Below are positions 17,478-25,804 of a DNA stretch of 64,000 nt, in pieces. Source of the stretch: an uncultured Solirubrobacterales bacterium (GTDB lineage Bacteria > Actinomycetota > Thermoleophilia > Solirubrobacterales > Solirubrobacteraceae); NCBI GenBank assembly GCA_963702185.1, contig OY969723.1, forward strand, positions 742,075 to 806,074, given 5' to 3'. A program made the translations under genes and the position numbers. The notes under the pieces were generated by a model. The model saw nothing but the letters and a program-made list of their open reading frames with translations, did not search any database and had not been told where the DNA came from. Every line of letters begins with the position of its first letter. The stretch's first letter is position 1.

Positions 17478-18794
17478 TCAACCCCCATCCCCGCCCGCCA
17501 TCCCCGCCGTGGCCGGGCGCGTGCCCCACGAGGCGGTGCGGCACGTGGCGATCGCGTAGTAGGTCTGCCAGACCATGATCGCCAGGTAGAAGAACACGAA
17601 CAGGATCCCGTACATCCAGATCAGGGAGTAGCGGTCCTGGAAGAGCACGAAGTACAGCGAGTAGACGATCGCCAGCGAGTAGAGCCCGGCGGCGTAGATC
17701 AGCGGCAGCGTGGTCCCGTGCACCAGCGGCCCCCAGGCGATCGAGTGGACCGCCGCGACCGGGGCGATCAGCGGCAGCAGGATGCTCATGTACGTAAACG
17801 TCGCCGCCACCGGGTGCTTGCGCCAGATGAAGCGGGAGACCATCAGCGACTCGCGCGTCCACGAGCGCTTCCAGCGGGTCTGCTGCTTGACGAACGCCCG
17901 GAACGTGGTCGGCACGATCGTGTGCGAGATCGCGCGCTTTTCATACACGATCCGCCAGTCGCGCAGCACGCAGTTGGTCAGCGAGCGGTCGTCGCCGAAC
18001 GTCGACTCGACGCCGAGGAACGTCTGCGACTCCCACCACGCAAGCCGCGGCATGATCGCCTCGCGGCGATAGGCCGAAAAGCAGCCCGAGCAGCACGTGA
18101 CCGCGTGGAAGACCGACTCCGCCGCCTTGACGACGCGAAACGCGACGAAGTACCTGACCGCCTGCATCCGGGTGAGCCACGTCTCGCGCACGTTCAGCAC
18201 GTCCGCGTGCCCGCACACCGCCCCCACTCTGCCGTCGGCCAGCGGCTGCACGAGCAGGCGCAGGGCGCCGGGCTCGACCGTCGAGTCGGAGTCGACGAAC
18301 ACGATCACCTCGGCCTCGGTCGCGCGGATCCCGGCGGCCATCGCGGCGCGCTTGCCGCGGTTGCAGGGGAAGTCGATCACCTGCACGCGCCCGTCCGCTT
18401 CGACTGCGACCTCGTGGATCTCCTCGATCGTGCGATCGGTCGAGCCGTCGTTGACCGCGACCAGTTCGAGCTTGTCCTGCGGATAGTCGAGCGCCAGCAG
18501 TGAGCGCAGCGAGGCGGCGATCGCCTCCTGCTCGTTGAACGCGGGCATCACGATCGCCACGTGCGGCTCGATCCCCGCGTCCGGCGCGGAGCGGTAGAAC
18601 AGGCTGAGCACGAACCGCGACAGGATGTACACGGTCACGCACGTCGAGTAGATCCCGAAGAACAGGTTCGAGAACATCACTTCGATGAACTCCGTCTTGT
18701 ACGCGACCACCGCCAGGATCAGCCACACCAGATACACCCCCGCGACCACCTTCAGCACGCGATTGACGATCGCCTCCTGGGTGCGGACGCTCAT
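17478..18794 (-). CDS. Membrane-integrated family-2 glycosyltransferase, class I hyaluronan synthase / chitin-synthase / NodC-like
   Basis: Start trimmed to ATG 18794 (MSVRTQEAI...), which overlaps the dehydrogenase stop (ATGA). Motifs: AFNEQEAI, VFVDSDS, CSGCFSAYRRE, TFGDDRSLTN, KQQTRWKRSW (QxxRW). TM helices flank the catalytic domain. The alignment by eye to streptococcal HasA is close (SGPLSVYRRE / GDDRCLTN / QQNRWNKS). Confidence 0.8.
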   Translation of the reverse strand: MSVRTQEAIVNRVLKVVAGVYLVWLILAVVAYKTEFIEVMFSNLFFGIYSTCVTVYILSRFVLSLFYRSAPDAGIEPHVAIVMPAFNEQEAIAASLRSLLALDYPQDKLELVAVNDGSTDRTIEEIHEVAVEADGRVQVIDFPCNRGKRAAMAAGIRATEAEVIVFVDSDSTVEPGALRLLVQPLADGRVGAVCGHADVLNVRETWLTRMQAVRYFVAFRVVKAAESVFHAVTCCSGCFSAYRREAIMPRLAWWESQTFLGVESTFGDDRSLTNCVLRDWRIVYEKRAISHTIVPTTFRAFVKQQTRWKRSWTRESLMVSRFIWRKHPVAATFTYMSILLPLIAPVAAVHSIAWGPLVHGTTLPLIYAAGLYSLAIVYSLYFVLFQDRYSLIWMYGILFVFFYLAIMVWQTYYAIATCRTASWGTRPATAGMAGGDGG

Positions 18795-20341
18795 GGCAGA
18801 AACCGCCGGCGCCCGCCCGGCGTGCGGTAGGTGCAATCGAGCACCGCCGGGCAGCGGGCCAGCCAGCCGTAGTCGCACTCGCCGTCGCGATCGGGATGCA
18901 CGGTCGCGACGATCGCGAGGGCATAGTCTTCGGGGCCAAACCCACTCGCGTCCCGGCGCGGGTCCGGGTCGACCGAGTACAGAACCTCATCGTCCAGCTG
19001 AAGCTCCGGCACGAGCGGGTCGTGGTAGTCGACGTGCGCGCCCTCCGCACGCAGCCGCGCAAGGATCTCCACGGCCGGGGACTCGCGCGTGTCGCCGATG
19101 CCGGGCTTGTAGGAGGCGCCGACCACGAGGATGCGCGAGTCGGCCAGGCGCAGGCCCAGCTCGACGAGCACCTCGTGCGCGCGCCAGGCGATGTGGCGCG
19201 GACGGTTGGCCAGCGCGTGCAGCGCCTCCTCCGCTATCGGCGCGGGGCGCCCCCGCTCGCGCAGCGGCGCGATCAGGTAGTGCGGATCGACCGCGATGCA
19301 GTGACCGCCCACACCGGCCGAGGGGTAGTGGGCCATGAAGCCGTAGGGCTTTGACGCCGCCCCCTCGGTCACCTCGATCGGCTCCAGGCCGTGTACGCGA
19401 CAGGCGTCGGCGATCTCCATCGCCAGCGCGATGTTGACCGCGCGGAACGTGTTCTCGTACAGCTTCACCATCTCCGCCGCCTCGGGCGATGACACGCGGT
19501 GCAGGTGCGCGCAGGTGTGGCGCAAGAGCTCAGACGCGCGCCGTGCGCACGTCTCCGAGACACCCCCGATCACCCGCGGGGTGGAGCGCTGCTCGTGTCC
19601 GGGCACGCCGGGGTCGATGCGCTCGGGCGCGAACGCCACGTACACGTCCTCGCCCGCACGCAGGCCGCGCTGCTGGGCAAGCGGGTCGACCAGCAGCTCG
19701 CGGGTGCTGCCCACGTAGGTGGTCGAGGTCAGCACGATCGTCTGGCCGGGCCGGGCATGGGCGACGACCGCCGCGCACGCCTCGCGCAGAATCGCCGGGT
19801 CGGGCAGGCGCCGCTCGTCGATCGGCGTGGGCACGCAGATCAGCACGAGGTCGGCGGCGGCTAGCGCCTCGATGCGCTCGGTCAGCACGAATCGCCCGCC
19901 GGCCAGCTGCGCGCGCAACGCCTCGTGCTCTGTGTCAAGCAGCTCGACCTCGCCGGCCCGGATCGCCTGCAGGCGCGCGGCCGAGACATCGATGCCGACG
20001 ATCTCAGCACCAGCGCGGGCCATCGCGATCGCGGTCGGTAGCCCGACGTAGCCGAGGCCGACGACCGCGGCGACGGCGTTGACGGTGGATAGGCCGGAGG
20101 GTGGGTCGGGGGCTGTGGCGGAGCCGGGGGCTGTGACCGTGCCGGCGGTGGCGAGCTCACCCCCCGCTTGCACACCGATCCCAACCGCCCTGGTCGCGGT
20201 CGCCTGCGCCCCATCGCCATCGATCCCCACACCCCCCCTGGCCCTGGTCGCCTGCGCCCCATCGCCATCGATCCCCGCCGCCGCTCTGGCCGCGGTCGCA
20301 TCGGCGAGGGCGGCCTCTACGTCCGCCAGCTCGGGAGTCAT
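18791..20341 (-). CDS. UDP-sugar 6-dehydrogenase (Ugd/WecC/TviB superfamily) with a repeat-containing N-terminal extension
   Basis: VVGLGYVGLPTA (NAD site), KLYENTFRAVNIA, GVGGHCIAVDP (catalytic Cys), YKPGIGDTRESP. The N-terminal ~95 aa are low complexity, with GIDGDGAQAT twice (a 31-nt direct repeat at 20198-20228 and 20246-20276). An internal GTG (VQAGG...) is an alternative start. Confidence 0.85.
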   Translation of the reverse strand: MTPELADVEAALADATAARAAAGIDGDGAQATRARGGVGIDGDGAQATATRAVGIGVQAGGELATAGTVTAPGSATAPDPPSGLSTVNAVAAVVGLGYVGLPTAIAMARAGAEIVGIDVSAARLQAIRAGEVELLDTEHEALRAQLAGGRFVLTERIEALAAADLVLICVPTPIDERRLPDPAILREACAAVVAHARPGQTIVLTSTTYVGSTRELLVDPLAQQRGLRAGEDVYVAFAPERIDPGVPGHEQRSTPRVIGGVSETCARRASELLRHTCAHLHRVSSPEAAEMVKLYENTFRAVNIALAMEIADACRVHGLEPIEVTEGAASKPYGFMAHYPSAGVGGHCIAVDPHYLIAPLRERGRPAPIAEEALHALANRPRHIAWRAHEVLVELGLRLADSRILVVGASYKPGIGDTRESPAVEILARLRAEGAHVDYHDPLVPELQLDDEVLYSVDPDPRRDASGFGPEDYALAIVATVHPDRDGECDYGWLARCPAVLDCTYRTPGGRRRFLP

Positions 20342-20442
20342 CGCCGTCCACCTCGCACGCCTCGGGCGTCTCGCACATCTCGCCCGCCTCGCTTACCTCG
20401 CACACTTCGCACACTTCGTCCAAATATGCGCACGCGCACCAT
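20338..20442 (-). CDS. Candidate 34-aa arginine-rich leader ORF coupled to the dehydrogenase gene
   Basis: AGGAG (complement of 20449-20453) lies 6 nt upstream of ATG (20442). Translation is MVRVRIFGRSVRSVRGKRGGRDVRDARGVRGGRR. Its TGA overlaps the dehydrogenase ATG (ATGA at 20338-20341). Eleven of its 13 Arg codons are CGA. Confidence 0.4.
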   Translation of the reverse strand: MVRVRIFGRSVRSVRGKRGGRDVRDARGVRGGRR

Positions 20443-20717
20443 GTGAATCTCCTGACTCGACATCGTCGTCCCGGCGTGGTCAATGTCAGGTGAACCGATC
20501 GGCGCTCGCGAACGGGGCGCTCGCGTGTGTCGAACCGGCCCCCCTTGAAACGGCTCGTTGCAGGGCGCAGGATGCACGCTGCGGGGGAAAAGTGAAGGGG
20601 GTCTGGACGAGTGATCTAGCGTTGGCCCCGACGGTCATACGCGGGTGTCGTCCCGGACGTGCGCGGGGGGTGTCCCGGCGGGGCAAATGCCTGTCGAGCC
20701 GGGCTACGGGCGGGAGT

Positions 20718-21998
20718 TCAGGCGCTTGCGGGACGCGCCGGCACTGTTCGCGCCGGCGCCGCCAGGAGCGTGTCCCCTACCGGGCTCGCCAGCCGGCGCT
20801 CGAGGTCCGTGAACGCCGCCACGATCTCGCGCGCTTCGAACGCGCGATTGCGCCGGCCCATGCTCACCTGCCTGACGACTCCGGCCTGCAGCAGGCGCGC
20901 GATCGCTTCGTTGGTGACGATGTAGCTGCGATCTATCAGCGCGGCCGCGCCGGGGACCGTGAACAGAGGCATGCCGGGCAGCGCGCGCAGCAGCAGATCG
21001 ACGGCGGAGCCCGCGCGAACCCGACCCAAACGCTCCCGCCAGCCCGCCTGCAGCTGGGCGACCCGCTGCTCGAATGCGCCGGTGTCGGCGACCGCACGGC
21101 CGCAGGCGCCCGCGAAGCGGCCGATCCACAGATTGAGCCCCTCGTGCGCTGCCCGCGAGGTGGCGGGACCGCGGTAGCGAAAGGGGGTCAGCCCGTCGAT
21201 GTAGTCGCGCGCCCACGTGGCCAGCACCAGCGAGACCGGCACGAGCACGCGCGTGGCCAGGTCGCGGCGACACAGGATCAGATGGATGAGCGCGCGGCCG
21301 GTGCGGCCGTTGCCGTCGACGAAGGGATGAATCGTCTCGAACTGAGCATGGGCGATCGCCGCCTGGGCGACCGCCGGCAGTGAGTCCTCGTTGCAGAACG
21401 CGCAAAGGTCTTCGAGCAGACCGGGTACGTGCTCGGGAGGCGACGGCACGAACACCGCCGAGCAGGGGTTGTGGCTGGAACCGCCGATCCAATTCTGCTC
21501 GGAGCGCACGACGCCGGCGTGCTCGTGGAGCCAGGTTCCGCTCAAGAGGCGCCGGTGGACCTCGAGCAGTTGTCCGGGCGTTATCTCCCCGCCGGGGTCT
21601 ATACCGTCGATCGCGTAGCGCATCGCGTCGATGTTCGCCAGCACCTCCGCGGCTGTGATGTCTTTGACGTGCCCTGTCGTGTCGCGGGTGACCTCGGCGC
21701 GCAGCAGCCTGCCCGCCCCGACCTCCAGTCCCTCGATCCGCGAGGAGGCGACCGACTCGGCCCGCAGCAGGATGCGAGCCAGCGCCTCGGTGTCGAGCAG
21801 CGTCGAGGACTCGACGTTCATGCGCGCGATCGCCACTTCAGCGTCGGCCACGTCGGCCGCGACGTCGCCGTCGAGCCTGATGCGCCGGCCGGCGATGGGG
21901 TCCGGGACGTACGCCTCATAGTCGCAGGACCGGCGATCTCGGCGAGACATGCCCGAGCCGAGCGTGCTGCTCCAGTGTCGTTTGATCGCTTTGGACAT
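20718..21998 (-). CDS. Fic-domain protein (AMPylase family) with N-terminal autoinhibitory SxxxEG helix and C-terminal wHTH-like tail
   Basis: HPFVDGNGRTGRALIHLIL is the Fic motif HxFx(D/E)GNGRxxR. ASSRIEGLEV fits the (S/T)xxxE(G/N) inhibitory motif. Confidence 0.9.
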   Translation of the reverse strand: MSKAIKRHWSSTLGSGMSRRDRRSCDYEAYVPDPIAGRRIRLDGDVAADVADAEVAIARMNVESSTLLDTEALARILLRAESVASSRIEGLEVGAGRLLRAEVTRDTTGHVKDITAAEVLANIDAMRYAIDGIDPGGEITPGQLLEVHRRLLSGTWLHEHAGVVRSEQNWIGGSSHNPCSAVFVPSPPEHVPGLLEDLCAFCNEDSLPAVAQAAIAHAQFETIHPFVDGNGRTGRALIHLILCRRDLATRVLVPVSLVLATWARDYIDGLTPFRYRGPATSRAAHEGLNLWIGRFAGACGRAVADTGAFEQRVAQLQAGWRERLGRVRAGSAVDLLLRALPGMPLFTVPGAAALIDRSYIVTNEAIARLLQAGVVRQVSMGRRNRAFEAREIVAAFTDLERRLASPVGDTLLAAPARTVPARPASA

Positions 21999-22030
21999 TG
22001 TCTATGCAACCCTAACTACAGTTGATCCTT

Positions 22031-22059
22031 ATTATAGGTTATTCGATAACCCTTCACAA
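22031..22059 (-). promoter_or_regulatory. Candidate Fic promoter (TTGTGA-17 nt-TATAAT) with a palindromic operator in the spacer
   Basis: On the minus strand, TTGTGA is the complement of 22054-22059 and TATAAT is the complement of 22031-22036. The 17-nt spacer contains ggttat-tcg-ataacc (22037-22051). The segment is locally AT-rich. Confidence 0.5.
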
Positions 22060-22107
22060 GATCGCCGCGAAGGATCGAGCACAACCCTCAAAATGCCCGA
22101 GCTATAT

Positions 22108-22130
22108 TTAGGTTTAGTATCGAAACCTAA
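22108..22130. promoter_or_regulatory. Palindrome TTAGGTTT-N7-AAACCTAA in the Fic/metH divergent region
   Basis: Perfect 8-bp arms at 22108-22115 and 22123-22130, flanked by direct repeats GCTATATT (22101-22108 and 22141-22148). The second repeat is a -10-like TATATT about 47 nt upstream of the metH ATG. Confidence 0.45.
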
Positions 22131-22195
22131 GTAAACGATGGCTATATTCAGGCGTTCTCCGGTCGCGCGAGCACGCCCGCCGCTAGCATGAGTCG

Positions 22196-25100
22196 ATGCC
22201 CCGCGACCACCGCGACTACCGCCGAGCCCTGACCGAACGCGTCGTCGTCTACGACGGCGGCATGGGCGCGACGCTCGAGCAATTCGACCTGACACCCGAG
22301 GACTACGGCGGCCTTGCGGGCAAGTGCCACGAGGCGCTCGTGCTCAACCGCCCAGACGTGATCCAGGGCGTGCACGAGTCGATGCTCGACGCCGGCGCGG
22401 AGGTCGTCGAGACCGACACGTTCCAGGCCTCGCGGATCAAGCTCACGGAGTGGGGATTGGCCGACTACACGGTCGAGATCAACACGAAGGCCGCGGAAAT
22501 CGCGCGCCGCGCCGCGGGCGAGCACCGGTATGTCGCGGGCTCGATCGGCCCCACCGGCCACCTGCCCGCCTCCGAAGACCCCTCGCTCGGGCAGATCTCC
22601 TTCGCCGAGTTGGTCGAGGTGTTCGCAGAGCAGGCCGCGGGCCTGATCGACGGCGGCGCAGACCTGATCATCGTCGAGACCGCGCAAGATATCCTCGAGG
22701 TCAAGGCCGCGGTGTTCGGCGCGCGCGAGGCGTTTCAGGCGACCGGGCGCACGCTGCCGATCCACACCTCGGTGTCGCTGCTGCCCAACGGCGGCAAGAT
22801 GCTGCTCGGCACCGACATCTCCGCTGTGCTCACGACCCTGGAGGCGCTGAGGGTCGACGTGATCGGGTTGAACTGCTCGACCGGGCCCGAGGACATGCGC
22901 GACGCGATCCGCTTCCTCGGCGAGTTCTGCCCCGTGCCGGTCGCGTGCATCCCAAACGCCGGCCTACCGCTGCAGGGACCCGACGGGGAGACGATCTTCC
23001 CCGAGCGGCCCGAGCCGCTCGCGCAAGCGCTGGGCGAGTTCGTGGAGCGCTACGGCGTGGGCGTGGTCGGCGGGTGTTGCGGCACGACGCCCGAGCACAT
23101 CGCCGCGATCGTGGAGCGGGTGAAGGGCCGCACCGTGGCGACTCGTCCAGAGCCCAGACCGCCGCACGTGAGCTCGATGATCGCCGCGACCCCGCTCGTG
23201 CAGGAGCCGCGCCCGAGCATGGTCGGCGAGCGCGTGAACTCGCAGGGCTCGCGCAAGGCCAAGGAGCTGCTGCTGGCCGACGACTACGACGGGCTCGTGC
23301 AGATCGCCGAAGACCAGGTGCAGGGTGGCGCGCACGTGCTGGACCTGTGCGTGGCGTTGACCGAGCGCGCGGACGAGGCCGAGCAGATGCGGCTGCTCGC
23401 CAAGAAGATCTCGCTGACCCAACCGGCGCCGATCCAGGTCGACTCGACCGAGCCGGAGGTGATCGAGCGCGCGCTACAGCAAATCCCCGGCCGGGCGATC
23501 GTCAACTCGGTCAACCTCGAGGCCGGCCGTGAGAAGTTGGATCGCGTCGCGCCGATGGCGCTGGCGCACGGAGCCGCGCTGATCGCGCTGACGATCGACG
23601 AGACCGGGATGGCCAAGACGGCGGCGCGCAAGCTGGAGGTGGCGCGGCGGTTGCGCGAGCTGTGCTGCGACGAGCATGGCCTTGACCCGCAAGTGCTGAT
23701 CATCGACTGCCTGACGTTCACGCTGACGACGGGCGATGAGGAGTGGCGGCCCTCGGCGGTGGAGACGATCGAGGGGATCAGGGCGATCAAGGAGGCGATG
23801 CCCGAGGTCAAGACCTCGCTGGGCGTGTCGAACGTGTCGTTCGGCGTGAGCCCCGGCGCGCGGGCGGTGCTCAATTCGGTGTTCCTGCACCACTGCGTAC
23901 AGGCCGGGCTGGACCTGGCGATGGTCAACCCCAACCACATCACGCCCTACGCGGAGATCCCAGACGAGGAGCGCGAGCTGGCCGACGATCTGGTGTACAA
24001 CCGCCGCGAGGACGCGCTCGAGCGATTCATCGCGCACTACGAGTCCAAGGGCGAGGACGAGGAGGCGGGTGCCGGCGTAAAGGCCGACCCGACCGAGGGG
24101 ATGGAGCCCGAGCAGGCGCTGCACTTCCACATCCTGCGCCGGCGCAAGGACGGCGTCGAGGACTGGATCGACCGCTCGGTACAGAAGATCGGCGCGGTGC
24201 CAACGCTAAACGACGTGCTGCTGCCGGCGATGAAAGAGGTCGGCGACAAATTCGGCGCGGGCGAACTGATATTGCCGTTCGTGCTGCAGTCCGCGGAAGT
24301 GATGAAGCGGGCGGTGGCGCAACTCGAGAAATACCTCGACAAGATCGAGGGCTACACCAAGGGTACGGTCGTGCTGGCGACGGTGTTCGGGGACGTGCAC
24401 GACATCGGCAAGTCGCTGGTCAACACGATCCTGACCAACAACGGCTACACGGTGATCGACCTCGGCAAGCAGGTTCCGATCCAGACGATCCTCGACGCCG
24501 CCCAGGAGCATGACGCCACCGCGATCGGCCTATCCGCGCTGTTGGTCTCCACCTCCAAGCAGATGCCCGCCTGCATTCAGGAGCTACATGCCAAGAATCT
24601 CCCCTACCCTGTGCTGATCGGGGGCGCCGCGATCAACCGCGCGTTCGGCTACCGCGCGCTGTACCCCGGCGGCAAGGACTCCGAGGAGGTGTACGAGCCC
24701 GGCGTCTTCTACTGCAAGGACGCGTTCGAGGGGCTGTCGGTGATGGACCAGCTGATCGACTCCGACGCGCGCGCGGCGCTGCGCGAGAAGCTGCGCGCCG
24801 GCGCGAGCGAGTTCCGCGCCAAGGGCGAGGAGCCCGTGCAGGAGCTGAACTTCGCCGATGATTCGGTGCGCTCGGCCGCCCGCACCGACGCCCCCGTGCC
24901 AACCCCCCCATGGTGGGGCGTGCGCGAGGTCGAGGTCGACATGGACGAGGTCTACAGCCACCTGGATACGCACGTTCTGTTCAAGCTGCACTGGGGCGGG
25001 CGAGGCGTGAAAGGCGAGGAGTGGCAGAAGCTGGTGAGCGAGGAATTCCGTCCGCGGCTGGAGCGGATGTGGCGGGAGCAGACCTACCTTCACCCGCGGG

Positions 25101-25804
25101 CGCTGCTCGGATTCTTTCCCTGCTATGCGCAGGGCAACGAGATCGTCGTGCTCGACCCGCGCACGGCCGGTCCCGATCCCGAGCTCGACCCGAGCGATCC
25201 CGCCAGCGAGCTCACGCGCTTCGTCTGCCCGCGCCAGCCCAAGGGCGACCGCATCTGCCTGGCCGACTTCTTCCGCCCCGCGGTGGACGCCGGTGGCAAC
25301 CCCTCCCCCACCGGCAAACCCCCAAAGGAGCTCGACGTGATCGCCCTGCAGGCCGTGACCGTCGGCAGCGAGGTGACAGAGCTGATGGCGAAGCTCGAGT
25401 CAGAGGGGGAGTTCGCTGAGCAGCTGTACGTGCACGGCCTCGGCGTGCAGACCGCCGAGGGGTTGGCCGAGTGGCTGCACTGGCGTGCGCGCGCGATGCT
25501 GGGCATCCCAGAGACCCAGGGCCGGCGCTACTCGTGGGGCTACCCAGCCGTTCCGGAGCAGGCCGAGCATCTGAAGGTTGACAGGCTGCTCGATCTCCGA
25601 CAGATCGGGATGAGCATCACCGACGGCTACGCCCCCGACCCCGAGCAGTCCACGCTCGCCCTGGTGGCCCACCACCCGCAGGCGATCTATTTCGCCACCA
25701 AACAGGGCCGCCTGCTGCCCGATGGCTCCCCCGACGACGTGATCAAGGGCTCAGACCGGGATCCATCGCTGTTCGATCGCTCACCGGCAGCGGACCCAGC
25801 GTGA
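22196..25804 (+). CDS. metH: Cobalamin-dependent methionine synthase
   Basis: 1202 aa. Hcy-binding, pterin-binding, B12-binding (GDVHDIGK) and AdoMet-activation modules are all recognisable. Confidence 0.95.
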   Translation: MPRDHRDYRRALTERVVVYDGGMGATLEQFDLTPEDYGGLAGKCHEALVLNRPDVIQGVHESMLDAGAEVVETDTFQASRIKLTEWGLADYTVEINTKAAEIARRAAGEHRYVAGSIGPTGHLPASEDPSLGQISFAELVEVFAEQAAGLIDGGADLIIVETAQDILEVKAAVFGAREAFQATGRTLPIHTSVSLLPNGGKMLLGTDISAVLTTLEALRVDVIGLNCSTGPEDMRDAIRFLGEFCPVPVACIPNAGLPLQGPDGETIFPERPEPLAQALGEFVERYGVGVVGGCCGTTPEHIAAIVERVKGRTVATRPEPRPPHVSSMIAATPLVQEPRPSMVGERVNSQGSRKAKELLLADDYDGLVQIAEDQVQGGAHVLDLCVALTERADEAEQMRLLAKKISLTQPAPIQVDSTEPEVIERALQQIPGRAIVNSVNLEAGREKLDRVAPMALAHGAALIALTIDETGMAKTAARKLEVARRLRELCCDEHGLDPQVLIIDCLTFTLTTGDEEWRPSAVETIEGIRAIKEAMPEVKTSLGVSNVSFGVSPGARAVLNSVFLHHCVQAGLDLAMVNPNHITPYAEIPDEERELADDLVYNRREDALERFIAHYESKGEDEEAGAGVKADPTEGMEPEQALHFHILRRRKDGVEDWIDRSVQKIGAVPTLNDVLLPAMKEVGDKFGAGELILPFVLQSAEVMKRAVAQLEKYLDKIEGYTKGTVVLATVFGDVHDIGKSLVNTILTNNGYTVIDLGKQVPIQTILDAAQEHDATAIGLSALLVSTSKQMPACIQELHAKNLPYPVLIGGAAINRAFGYRALYPGGKDSEEVYEPGVFYCKDAFEGLSVMDQLIDSDARAALREKLRAGASEFRAKGEEPVQELNFADDSVRSAARTDAPVPTPPWWGVREVEVDMDEVYSHLDTHVLFKLHWGGRGVKGEEWQKLVSEEFRPRLERMWREQTYLHPRALLGFFPCYAQGNEIVVLDPRTAGPDPELDPSDPASELTRFVCPRQPKGDRICLADFFRPAVDAGGNPSPTGKPPKELDVIALQAVTVGSEVTELMAKLESEGEFAEQLYVHGLGVQTAEGLAEWLHWRARAMLGIPETQGRRYSWGYPAVPEQAEHLKVDRLLDLRQIGMSITDGYAPDPEQSTLALVAHHPQAIYFATKQGRLLPDGSPDDVIKGSDRDPSLFDRSPAADPA

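Noticed and set aside
20157-20483. 108-aa ORF reading the GTGCGA repeats as EVCEVCEVSEAGEMCETPEACEV (an acidic, Cys-rich peptide).
   Set aside because: It has no SD and runs into and overlaps the dehydrogenase coding region out of frame. The alternative frame (20338-20442) has an AGGAG at ideal spacing and an ATGA junction, so I preferred that one. Both remain unproven.
22000-22195. Possible cobalamin or SAM riboswitch upstream of metH.
   Set aside because: The spacer is under 200 nt and is shared with the Fic promoter. It is AT-rich and lacks a B12-box or the multi-helix GC-rich architecture. It is too short and unstructured for those riboswitch classes.
25743-25804. 62-nt convergent overlap of the metH and GT4-fusion 3' ends (also an 8-nt glnN/GH18 overlap at 14258-14265).
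   Set aside because: These are most simply explained by late stop codons in GC-rich sequence. I saw no evidence of a functional antisense arrangement.
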